Under the pieces are notes generated by a model. That model was not told the DNA's origin. It searched no databases and saw only the letters and a program-made list of their open reading frames with translations. The translations under genes and the position numbers were made by a program. From positions 1 through 64,000 of the IMG/VR virus record IMGVR_UViG_3300030098_005194: 64,000 nt of DNA; one strand, given 5' to 3'. Each line of letters starts with the position of its first letter. The stretch's first letter is position 1. This stretch comes from a virus. This document shows, piece by piece, positions 18,863 to 27,551 of the stretch.

Positions 18863-19455
18863 AAGAAGCAAAAAATATGGAATGGACAGATGGTGTCGGT
18901 AAGGCACTAAGCACTCTGGGGAGTGTGATAAGCAAGCAAGAGAAAGCAAGGCATGACAAGGGAGAGGATTACTTCTCTGACCCCATGCTGTACGTACAGG
19001 ACCTGAACACTGGGACATCAGTGCTTCTGGTCCCCGATGACAATGAAGGTGGCAAGACCAAGGGTAGGGGCTACAGGCGTTGTAGCTCAGTGAGGCAAAG
19101 GATAGGCACTAAGGTCCCACCTAAGTTACAGGTGACCGTACTATTGGACATGGTTGTTGGTATGTTAGTGCCAAAAGAAGAAGACAGAATGGGTCCACTG
19201 GGTGAAGCCGCTTACAACAGGATAGCAAATGCGATGATTGAGGCACAGAGTGCGGAGAACTGGTTGAAAGAAAACGGCAAGCATGCTAGTAAGGTCAATG
19301 AAATAATTGAGAAGCTACAGGATATGACTTGGACAGAAAGGAGCGGTGATACACTTCTCAACATGAAGGCATTGAAGATGGAGGAAGCTGTGATGAACGA
19401 AAAAGAAATATTAGAGGCAGTGGGTAGACCACTGCAAAAGGAGGTGACTCAATGA
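18859..19455 (+). CDS. hypothetical protein
   Basis: ATGA coupling; GGTGA SD. Confidence 0.75.
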   Translation: MKEAKNMEWTDGVGKALSTLGSVISKQEKARHDKGEDYFSDPMLYVQDLNTGTSVLLVPDDNEGGKTKGRGYRRCSSVRQRIGTKVPPKLQVTVLLDMVVGMLVPKEEDRMGPLGEAAYNRIANAMIEAQSAENWLKENGKHASKVNEIIEKLQDMTWTERSGDTLLNMKALKMEEAVMNEKEILEAVGRPLQKEVTQ

Positions 19456-20129
19456 ATCGACCGCCATTAGAAGCGTGGACTTTTCTCAAGGAAGAGGTTA
19501 GGCTTAGAGGTTCTACTGGGGCGGCTCTCCGCACCTTACCAAGTGGCAGGAGAGTCGTTGTCAAGAGAGGTGGTAGAGCGGGTGGTGACCCTGCAGCACA
19601 CATCATGAACGAGTATGACATGAATCGCTACCTGAATGAGTTGGGCATAGGTGTGCCCTCGGCTGAGATGGTAGTTGAGGATGGAAGACCTACCATGCTG
19701 ACTGACTTTGAGGAAGGCGCTAGAGTGCCAACGGAATCTGATAGATTTAGGTTGCGTGAAGACTTCGTACCACAAGTGGCAATATCCAACTGGGACGTTC
19801 TAGGACGGGACCTTGACAATGTACTCATTAGACCTGATGGCACTCCTAGCTATGTTGATGTTGGCGGTGCAGGTCCATACAGGGCAATGGGAGCGCCAAA
19901 GGGTGACAAGTTCACTGGAGATGTCGGCACTGATATAGCTGGTATGCAATACATGGCTCCCTACACGGACATGGTGTATGGTGACATGACTGATGAGGAG
20001 ATGGGTCGCTCCTACGACAAAGCAGGGGGTGTCGATGCGATGCAAGCTGCTACCCAAGTTCTCAGGGATGCACAGACACGGAACATAATACGACAGAGAG
20101 CGGAAGACCTAGCAAGGAGGGTTGCCTGA
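19452..20129 (+). CDS. atypical kinase, HipA / PI3-PI4-kinase-like fold
   Basis: GSTG loop, VVKR (Lys), MNEY (Glu), LGIGVP, NWDVLGRDLDNV (catalytic D...N), VDVGG (DFG-like). Confidence 0.65.
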   Translation: MNRPPLEAWTFLKEEVRLRGSTGAALRTLPSGRRVVVKRGGRAGGDPAAHIMNEYDMNRYLNELGIGVPSAEMVVEDGRPTMLTDFEEGARVPTESDRFRLREDFVPQVAISNWDVLGRDLDNVLIRPDGTPSYVDVGGAGPYRAMGAPKGDKFTGDVGTDIAGMQYMAPYTDMVYGDMTDEEMGRSYDKAGGVDAMQAATQVLRDAQTRNIIRQRAEDLARRVA

Positions 20130-20464
20130 TGTGGTTGTTTCTGAGTAATGGAATACTAAGTGTGGTCAACCACAGGGACCTTGAGGACACGGTGCTTGTC
20201 AGAGCGAGAGTCAGGGAACACATATCGTACTACTTCGGTAATGAGGGAATATACGTGGACAGAGACGCTGATTATCCTTACAGGTACAATCTACAGAAAG
20301 AGGGATTCAAAGAGTTCCTAGAGGAATATGTAGATGAAATGGAATATGACAACTTCAAGAACAGCGTGAGAAGTAACGACATAAAGAGAACTTGCATGAT
20401 AGTGTGGAACGTGATATGGGACATATTTGACGAGAGAGTGATGGAGAGTGTATTCCGACGTTGA
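20129..20464 (+). CDS. conserved viral protein of unknown function
   Basis: MWLF...G.LSVV...LVRAR...DYPYR...YDNFK pattern typical of a phage hypothetical family. Confidence 0.7.
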   Translation: MWLFLSNGILSVVNHRDLEDTVLVRARVREHISYYFGNEGIYVDRDADYPYRYNLQKEGFKEFLEEYVDEMEYDNFKNSVRSNDIKRTCMIVWNVIWDIFDERVMESVFRR

Positions 20465-20741
20465 GAAGAAGGGATATCACATAGGCTTGATGTTCGGTCT
20501 TACGCCAAGGCAGACCATGGAGGCCATTAGGATATACAAGGACATCAGCACACACCCAGAGTGGGATTGCAGGAGGTCCAATTACACACTGATGGTGGAT
20601 TGCATGTTCATGAAGGCCAAAGAACACAACACAGGCTTGTCACAAGAAACTGCGATTGAGATAACCAAACAAGAGTTTGGTCAATCAACACAACCAAGAC
20701 CTAGTAGGTGGAGGGAATTCTATGAAAAGTACATTCTCTGA
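20448..20741 (+). CDS. single cyclin-fold, TFB/TFIIB-repeat-like protein (tentative)
   Basis: FGLTPRQTMEAIRIYKDI...RRSNYTLMVDCMFMKAKEHNTGLSQ resembles one TFIIB cyclin repeat. Confidence 0.45.
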   Translation: MYSDVEKKGYHIGLMFGLTPRQTMEAIRIYKDISTHPEWDCRRSNYTLMVDCMFMKAKEHNTGLSQETAIEITKQEFGQSTQPRPSRWREFYEKYIL

Positions 20742-22038
20742 CTTGTCTAGCAAGTATGAACTTTACACAAAGGGCACTAAGAAACCACTCCTAAGCTACT
20801 TGAAGCAAGCGAGCAACAGTGATATTGATTCAATTATTAGATTATTCTTTGGTGAAGATTGCGCTAAGTGGAGCTATGGAAAGATGGTTGGTCACGTAGC
20901 AAGTGACACAGGTGTGTTTGCTGAAGTAGTCAAGGACATCGTTGGTGATACGAAGGAGTCTCTGATAGAAAGTCTGGTGTCTGAAAGCGAGGGAGGCAGT
21001 GGTTGGAATCTAGCGGAGGCAGCTTGGGCAATGAAGTCGTTTACCAATCCAGACTTTGGGCAAGATGTCAGTTGGAAGGACTGTGCTAGAGCCATGAATC
21101 AAATAGAAGCCAAGTTATTCTGGAGAACAGTTCTGGGTGCAAGACGTGGCATGAGTAAACATACTTTCCTTAAGGCAGTGAAGAGAAACGGTGTCACGGA
21201 CGAGATGATAAGTCAAGCTAATTTAGTCAATGACAAAATGAACTTGAGAGAAGCGTTTTACACAATGGTGATGAATCCTAGCAATTTCAGTGATGAAAAC
21301 TATGTGTTGTACACGAACAGGAGGTTACTGTCTTGGAACGAAGACATCAATCTAGTAGACTATAACGGTGGATTGTGTCAAGTGATAGAAGGAAAAGGAA
21401 ACAGAGTTTTGCATAGGACTGATGATTATGTTATAGAACACACAAAGGGTGGAGTGGCGTACGATGCATTGTTCTTTGAGGAAGGCTCACTGAAACTGGA
21501 GGAAAGACTGTCCAGACTAGGGGATATGTTGAGTCAAGGTGAAAGTCTGCCATACGATGAAGTTGCGTATCTGAGAAGCATCCCACCTTGGAATGAGATT
21601 GAAGGTTTGTGTGATGAAAACACAGTTCGGTTTCCCAACTTAGCCCCTTACAGGCCAGATGATTATGGTGGGTATCTGATGGTTATCAAGGAACACATTC
21701 AGACAGTTAGACTCTCTTGGTACAAGGTTGTGGGCGGTAGCGTGAACATCGGCTTTGACGCTATGGATGGGACAGATTTGATGCCAACTGGGAGTTTGAC
21801 GATAACCGATTTGAACAAAGTCTCCTCATTTCATAGAACTATGAAAAGATGGAACGTGGAGGAGTTCTCACTTGGTGACTCGCGTATTGAGATACCGGAT
21901 GAACTATGTATCATTGTCGAAATAGTTTCACCATCTTTAGATGGTTCTTCTATGCATTTCAAGCACCCGGTATTTCATCAATTCAACGAGGACAAGGGCA
22001 TAAGCGATATAGTGCAAATCGTGGATGTGATAGCTTGA
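20722..22038 (+). CDS. degenerate ATP-dependent DNA ligase-like protein
   Basis: DBD-like EAKLFWRTVLG..RG; motif IIIa-like YDALFF...LEERLSRL; OB-like IVEI...FKHPVF..FNEDK; no KxDG motif. Confidence 0.6.
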   Translation: MKSTFSDLSSKYELYTKGTKKPLLSYLKQASNSDIDSIIRLFFGEDCAKWSYGKMVGHVASDTGVFAEVVKDIVGDTKESLIESLVSESEGGSGWNLAEAAWAMKSFTNPDFGQDVSWKDCARAMNQIEAKLFWRTVLGARRGMSKHTFLKAVKRNGVTDEMISQANLVNDKMNLREAFYTMVMNPSNFSDENYVLYTNRRLLSWNEDINLVDYNGGLCQVIEGKGNRVLHRTDDYVIEHTKGGVAYDALFFEEGSLKLEERLSRLGDMLSQGESLPYDEVAYLRSIPPWNEIEGLCDENTVRFPNLAPYRPDDYGGYLMVIKEHIQTVRLSWYKVVGGSVNIGFDAMDGTDLMPTGSLTITDLNKVSSFHRTMKRWNVEEFSLGDSRIEIPDELCIIVEIVSPSLDGSSMHFKHPVFHQFNEDKGISDIVQIVDVIA

Positions 22039-22490
22039 GCAACATAAACAATATCCATGAGTGGGAGAGTAGAAGACGCGATGAGCAAATGGAGTCTTGG
22101 CTTGAGTATGTATGGAATAACAAGGACAAGCACAAGAGCCCACAGACGGAGGCTTCCCTCAAAGTAGGAAACATGACTAGACACAACATCTCCGGTGGAA
22201 AGAAGAGTCTAAGGCACAATTACATTGACGGTATTTTCTCAAAAAAGTCAACTAAAGCCGTGGTAAATACTTGGACTTTGTACAATCATTGGAGACATGA
22301 TGCTGGACTATGTAGCACAAGATGTAAGTTCTGTGCTAAGGAAGCAGGGATGACTGTCTTGGAATATGCCGATGAATACACCATATCAAATGGAAAAAGA
22401 ATTTCAGGTCACAGAAACAGATGTTATGTCAGTTATGAGGAAGCAGTTCCAGTCATGCATGAGTTCCTTGATTACATGGAGGGTCATTGA
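22035..22490 (+). CDS. hypothetical protein with Cys cluster
   Basis: TTGA overlap start inferred; HDAGLCSTRCKFC. Confidence 0.6.
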   Translation: MSNINNIHEWESRRRDEQMESWLEYVWNNKDKHKSPQTEASLKVGNMTRHNISGGKKSLRHNYIDGIFSKKSTKAVVNTWTLYNHWRHDAGLCSTRCKFCAKEAGMTVLEYADEYTISNGKRISGHRNRCYVSYEEAVPVMHEFLDYMEGH

Positions 22491-22861
22491 TGGAAAGGGA
22501 TTGGATTGAGATTGGCTCGCTACTGTCTGGCGTGAGATTTCAAGTAAGTGTGAGCAGAGATGGAACGAGAAAGGTAGGATACAGAGTCAGACCATCTATG
22601 ACTCATACCACTAATTCAGACTATCTCTGCAAATTAGTCGGTAGGGATAAAATCCCTAGTAAGGGTATCTACAGGAAGCGGAGTGATTTAGAGAAATGCT
22701 TGTCATTTATAGAGAAAATATGCAATACGTACGAATGTTGGGAACTACTGTACGATAGGAGAGGATACGACAATATTCGTTGGGTGTTAGATAACCCACC
22801 GCCAAGTGATTGGAGTGATTTTATTGAATGGTCAAAACAGTTTGATTTGGCCGTTTTTTGA
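22487..22861 (+). CDS. degenerate LAGLIDADG-fold-like protein (tentative)
   Basis: FQVSVSRDGTRKVGYRVRPSM beta-hairpin pattern; the signature helix lacks the acidic catalytic residue. Confidence 0.35.
   Translation: MMERDWIEIGSLLSGVRFQVSVSRDGTRKVGYRVRPSMTHTTNSDYLCKLVGRDKIPSKGIYRKRSDLEKCLSFIEKICNTYECWELLYDRRGYDNIRWVLDNPPPSDWSDFIEWSKQFDLAVF
22855..22859 (+). terminator. possible oligo-T terminator ending the accessory operon
   Basis: T-run at the gene end, immediately before the next promoter. Confidence 0.3.
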
Positions 22862-22884
22862 GATTCTCTTTAAGTAAGACTAGA
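22861..22884 (+). promoter_or_regulatory. conserved promoter, copy 4 (replication operon)
   Basis: AGATTCTCTTTAAGTAAGACTAGA; 23/24 identical to 8794-8817; ATG at 22899. Confidence 0.75.
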
Positions 22885-22898
22885 AGGAGCAAAAAAAC

Positions 22899-23864
22899 AT
22901 GTGGAGCGAAAAAGCAAGACCTATTCGTATAGATGAGATAGTCGGTCAGACCACGTTGGTCAATGATGTGAAGTCTTGGCTAGTACAGGGTTGGCCCTCT
23001 GCCCTTCTTCTTGTTGGTCCTTATGGTACAGGAAAAACAAGCACAGCTAGGGTGATAGCGAGAGAAATGCTTGGTGAGGATTTTAACGAGTTCAATTATG
23101 TAGAGATAAATGGTAGTGATGACAGAGGTATAGATTTCATCAGGAATGATTTGAAGACCTTACTTAGAACTAAGCCCATTGGTGTTGAGAGAAAGGTGGT
23201 TCTCATTGACGAGGCCGATGGGTTGACACCTGCCGCTCAGGACGCGGCAAAGCAATTGATGGAAACCTATGCAAGCAATGCGTTGGTGATTATGACAGGC
23301 AATGAGCTTGAGAAAATTAGACCAGCTATCCGTTCTAGGTGTAGAACATACACGTTCAAACCAGTGGGAAAGATAGAGGGTGCGGCTAGATTATGGGATG
23401 TTCTATCCCTAGTTGGTGTGAGTGAGGATGTCAAATCAGGTTGGTCCAATGACTTACCTAATCTAGTGGAGATAATGAGCGGCGACCTTCGCGCTTCATT
23501 AAATCTATTAGAGTCGTTACCAAGAGACAAAGAGGCTCTTACTGAGAGACTCAAAGACATAACCGCAATAAAGTCGGATGACTTTGCTATGTTAGCAATA
23601 GAAGGTAAATGGATGAAGATAAGAAGCAATCTTCATGAACTCTTGGACTCAGGAGTACCCCTGCGCTCTGTAATGAGTAGCTTTTACAGAGACATTAGAG
23701 GTATGTTTAATGCTTCAATTACTGATACAACTCTATTCGATATCATGTGTGCGTATGGTGACGTTATGCTCAACATATACACATGGCCACAAGGCGACCA
23801 CGCCTTCTGCGACTATATGGTAGCGAACATGAGAAAGGAAGTGAGAAACAATGAGCGGAATTAA
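22899..23864 (+). CDS. rfcS: replication factor C small subunit (clamp loader)
   Basis: WSEKARP, GPYGTGKT, EINGSDDRGID, IDEAD, IRSRC, GDLR. Confidence 0.93.
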   Translation: MWSEKARPIRIDEIVGQTTLVNDVKSWLVQGWPSALLLVGPYGTGKTSTARVIAREMLGEDFNEFNYVEINGSDDRGIDFIRNDLKTLLRTKPIGVERKVVLIDEADGLTPAAQDAAKQLMETYASNALVIMTGNELEKIRPAIRSRCRTYTFKPVGKIEGAARLWDVLSLVGVSEDVKSGWSNDLPNLVEIMSGDLRASLNLLESLPRDKEALTERLKDITAIKSDDFAMLAIEGKWMKIRSNLHELLDSGVPLRSVMSSFYRDIRGMFNASITDTTLFDIMCAYGDVMLNIYTWPQGDHAFCDYMVANMRKEVRNNERN

Positions 23865-23988
23865 AGGAATAGACATAGAAGAGTTAGGGATAACCATAGG
23901 TCATCAACTACGTTCTATGGTCTTTGAATTACAAGAACTGAATGAAACAATGAAAGAAATGATAATAATCTGGAAGGATATGAAATGA
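23851..23988 (+). CDS. small hypothetical protein (45 aa)
   Basis: Fills the gap; ATGA overlap with the next gene. Confidence 0.5.
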   Translation: MSGIKGIDIEELGITIGHQLRSMVFELQELNETMKEMIIIWKDMK

Positions 23989-25361
23989 ATGAAGAAATGA
24001 AAAATATGATGAATGAAATGGAAAGAGATGATAGTAAGTACAACCCGTTTGCTCAGAGCAAAGCACAACAGATGTCACAGCAGAAACCTGCCTTCCCATC
24101 TGAAGTGCAGAGGAGGCTAGACAAGCACTCCGAAAGAACAGGTGAGTCGAAGAAAGAGGTGGAGCAGTTTTACTTGAACTACATCAAGGAGAATTATGAT
24201 TGTGATGACTGGCAACAAGAGGATGAAGACCTGCTTGTAGACTGGGCCGAGCAGTGCTTTACTATCTTGAGGAGAGGCACAACTGGTGGTGGGCAGAACA
24301 CCACTTCCTTCGTGGGTTGCTTTGTAGGAGTTGATGCTAAGAGTGACAACAGAGGAACCGGACTTCAGAACTGGCTAGTAGGTCTATACAGAAGGGACCC
24401 CAATGAGGCAATGAGCAAGGGCGCTGGTCACTACGTGGCACAAGACGGAAAGTGGGTTATAGAAACTATGGAGAATGGTGTCATAACGACCAACGAAGAT
24501 GCTACTGAAGCACCATCCATGGGTATACATGTCGGTGGTAATGATTACATCTGCTTCGTAAGCAGAGCAGGAAACCCATATAGCACTGATGTGATGGGTA
24601 GATACGCTTGGTTCCTTGGTAATGAACACGGCGAGTTTGAGAATGACATCAAGCTCTGGCGAGTGGATTTGAAGGGAGAGGATACAGAGAGGTCTTTGAG
24701 GATAGGAGAGCCTTGTATCATCACCGTTAGGCCACCAAAGGAGGATGCTAATGAATACAGAAAGGACATCCTAGAAACCAATGAGGGATTCGTTGACACA
24801 ATCAACTACACAGATGAATTCGTAGCAGAAGACTTGCGAAAGGATTTGCATCCCTCCAAGTTCTGGTCATCCACTGTATACCATGAACTGTATGTTCCTC
24901 TTGAGGAGCTAACAGAGGCTTACGAGAACGGACTACGTACCTTCCAGAGTTCGGATGGTATGGGTAAAGTAGGGCCACTGGTGATAACAAGGGGAACAGT
25001 CAACAGGCTAAACACAGAGGCAAGAGAGTCTGAGTACGACCAAGGTGGAAAGCAGTACAGCATGTCACTGACTTGCATGGACCTGCAAAGCATGTACGGA
25101 CAAGGTGCTGGCTCTGAGGTTCTATGCAACGTGGGCAGTGCTGTCCATGACCTAACACATCCCTTTACTTTCGTAGACAGGGAAGGAGAGAGATACGAGT
25201 ACGCAGAAAACACAACTGTGTTTGTTTTCGGTAGAATAGGAATGATGCGTAGAGATAATGATGAGACTCCAAAGATGACAATCTTCGGTGTTTACGCAGA
25301 TTGGAGGAGGGCACGCCCTAGAGCATCTGGTGGTAATTCTAACCCTTCACAGTTTGATTGA
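23985..25361 (+). CDS. probable ssDNA-binding (RPA/OB-fold) protein
   Basis: Beta-rich segments (LVITRGTVNR, VFVFGRI) and position in the replication operon; function inferred from context. Confidence 0.45.
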   Translation: MNEEMKNMMNEMERDDSKYNPFAQSKAQQMSQQKPAFPSEVQRRLDKHSERTGESKKEVEQFYLNYIKENYDCDDWQQEDEDLLVDWAEQCFTILRRGTTGGGQNTTSFVGCFVGVDAKSDNRGTGLQNWLVGLYRRDPNEAMSKGAGHYVAQDGKWVIETMENGVITTNEDATEAPSMGIHVGGNDYICFVSRAGNPYSTDVMGRYAWFLGNEHGEFENDIKLWRVDLKGEDTERSLRIGEPCIITVRPPKEDANEYRKDILETNEGFVDTINYTDEFVAEDLRKDLHPSKFWSSTVYHELYVPLEELTEAYENGLRTFQSSDGMGKVGPLVITRGTVNRLNTEARESEYDQGGKQYSMSLTCMDLQSMYGQGAGSEVLCNVGSAVHDLTHPFTFVDREGERYEYAENTTVFVFGRIGMMRRDNDETPKMTIFGVYADWRRARPRASGGNSNPSQFD

Positions 25362-25372
25362 GGTGAGAAAAA

Positions 25373-25636
25373 ATGACAACGACAAAGAAAGATTTAGAAG
25401 TAGAGAATGCAAATATGAAAGAACAGCTTGCTGATATGACGAACAGATACAACACGCTCATGGAACAGGCCACCCAGTTACAAGAGGTAGCGAGAAATAG
25501 GCTGGTCACGTTGAGACTGTTTGAGGCATTTGCCAACGAAGTTCTAACGTCTACCAGAAAGCTACAGAATGACATAGCTGAAATCAATGCCACAGTAGCA
25601 GAGGCAGCCAGAAGTATGGAAGAGGAGGAAAGATAG
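25373..25636 (+). CDS. coiled-coil protein
   Basis: Heptad pattern; GAGGTGA SD. Confidence 0.75.
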   Translation: MTTTKKDLEVENANMKEQLADMTNRYNTLMEQATQLQEVARNRLVTLRLFEAFANEVLTSTRKLQNDIAEINATVAEAARSMEEEER

Positions 25637-25821
25637 TGTCCAGAGTCGAGGACGAGGTATGTAAGAAGATACAGTTCCGTGCCGAGCTTGGTAAGGAAAA
25701 GTATGGCGTCACAGTAGAGACTGCCCCTCTAACTAAGATGGAGTGGTTAGTTCACGCACAAGAAGAGGCAATGGACCTAGCAGTATACCTACAGAAACTC
25801 ATAGACATGGAGGGGAACTGA
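25636..25821 (+). CDS. all-alpha NTP pyrophosphohydrolase-like (MazG-fold) small protein
   Basis: GKEKYG...EWLVHAQEEAMDLAVYL (EExxD). Confidence 0.6.
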   Translation: MSRVEDEVCKKIQFRAELGKEKYGVTVETAPLTKMEWLVHAQEEAMDLAVYLQKLIDMEGN

Positions 25822-26780
25822 TGGCGGGTTTTGGAAAGGCAAAAGAGAAGCAAGAAGAAATCACAGATGAGCAAGCACCAGCTCATGCAAGAAAGAATCC
25901 GTTTGCCGCCCTTGAAGAAGAGCTACAGAACATGAATAACCAGACAGGTCACACGCTGATGGCTCTGGTGGGACATGAAAACACTGGTAAGTCTGCGGTT
26001 GTGACTGCGGCTTACAGATTGTATCACGATGACTGTCTTGAGAAGGAGATTGAGCCGAAGAAACTTTGGGCTCTTGATTTCGACGGCGGTTTACTGGCTA
26101 ACAAAAGTGCTTTCCACAGTGAAGTGGATGGAATAAAGTGTTGGGAGCCTTACGTGTATACATCGGAGGACAGAACTGCAATAGACTATCAGGAAACTCA
26201 CAACAGAGTGATGAAGTTGTTGCAGTATGCGGTGGCCAACAGTGATACTCTGTGGGGCGTCATAGTCACCGGGCTTGACCAGTGGGATAGTGTATGTATC
26301 AACAACATGAGGATATTCGACCTTGGGTTAGCTAAGGATGGTATCTCAGCGGCAGACAACAGAGGTATTGGCGCAGACGCCAAGAGAGTAGAGTTCCAAT
26401 GGGACTGGGCGATAAGGAAGACTAGGTTCCACCAACTCACAACCCTCTGTCAAGGACTGGTTAAAAGAGGTGTCAAAGTGTTTCTAGAAACTCATCTAGC
26501 ACAGACCCAACAGAATGACGATAGGGCCATGGGAGCTACGCAGTGGCGTCCTGCATGGGAGAAGAACACAGGTGGTTTGGTATTCCAGATATTGGTCTTT
26601 GAAAGAGAGGACTTGAGAGATGAGGACGGTATGCTTACGAAGCAGAGATTCACCGTAACTTATGAGAAGAGCAAGACAGACGCAGCACTACAGGGACAGA
26701 GAAGAACAATCCTAGTCACAGAGATAGGAAAGCCTCCTGTGTGGTATGGGCTACAGGAACTTAACGACGGCACACTGTGA
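25821..26780 (+). CDS. P-loop ATPase, RadA/Sak4 (AAA_24)-like recombinase
   Basis: Walker A GHENTGKS; ALDFDGG; VFLETH. Confidence 0.7.
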   Translation: MAGFGKAKEKQEEITDEQAPAHARKNPFAALEEELQNMNNQTGHTLMALVGHENTGKSAVVTAAYRLYHDDCLEKEIEPKKLWALDFDGGLLANKSAFHSEVDGIKCWEPYVYTSEDRTAIDYQETHNRVMKLLQYAVANSDTLWGVIVTGLDQWDSVCINNMRIFDLGLAKDGISAADNRGIGADAKRVEFQWDWAIRKTRFHQLTTLCQGLVKRGVKVFLETHLAQTQQNDDRAMGATQWRPAWEKNTGGLVFQILVFEREDLRDEDGMLTKQRFTVTYEKSKTDAALQGQRRTILVTEIGKPPVWYGLQELNDGTL

Positions 26781-26784
26781 TAGC

Positions 26785-27543
26785 ATGGGCAAAGCGATAC
26801 TAAGCTCAAAGGAGTGGCTCTCTTTACTCGGCTCAGTGGGAGAAAGGATAGAAGATGTCAAACTCGTTTTGAACAAAAGTGGCACAATGGAGTATGATGT
26901 TGCACACAGCTCACACTATATTCACTACAAGAAGACGTACCCGGAGGCCGTAAAGGAATCTGGTCATCTGACTTTCACTGACCTAAAGAAGACGAAGACC
27001 TTCCTGAAAAAGTGCAAGAGCGATGTGACTATCCAGCAAAGCGCAACTAGGCTGTCTTTGAAGTGTGGTTCAATGAAAATGACATTACCAATACTGGATT
27101 GTAAGAGTACACAACTAGCTCCCACTCTGTCGAAACTAACGCTGAACGCCAAAAACGGTCAGTGGGGGTCTTTTGGTAGAGGAACGTTTACGACACACGG
27201 TGAGACTAGTTTCTCTGATTTGATAGACGGAGCTAACATAGCCAAGTCTCTAAGCGCCGACTCTGATTTCTTAATCAAGGCTAACGCAGATGAGAAAGAG
27301 CTAGTTCTACATGCATACAAGCAGGGTGGAGCCGCAATAATATGCACAGCAACGATAGAGAATGCGCAAGGGCCCAATCATACAGTGTCCTCTAGCTTTG
27401 GTCCTTGGTTGCTCTCATGTCTATCAGTCCTAGAACCCAACATCAAGTCAACCTTCCACTGTGGCGATTCTACTGTTCTAGCAGTGGAGCAAAGCGGTGA
27501 GGGTTGGGAAAGAACGATAGTTGTGATAGACCAACAGGCATAG
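26785..27543 (+). CDS. probable DNA sliding clamp (PCNA-like)
   Basis: About 252 aa with a repeated alpha/beta pattern; directly before PolB and in the same operon as RFC. Confidence 0.55.
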   Translation: MGKAILSSKEWLSLLGSVGERIEDVKLVLNKSGTMEYDVAHSSHYIHYKKTYPEAVKESGHLTFTDLKKTKTFLKKCKSDVTIQQSATRLSLKCGSMKMTLPILDCKSTQLAPTLSKLTLNAKNGQWGSFGRGTFTTHGETSFSDLIDGANIAKSLSADSDFLIKANADEKELVLHAYKQGGAAIICTATIENAQGPNHTVSSSFGPWLLSCLSVLEPNIKSTFHCGDSTVLAVEQSGEGWERTIVVIDQQA

Positions 27544-27551
27544 GTGTTAGA

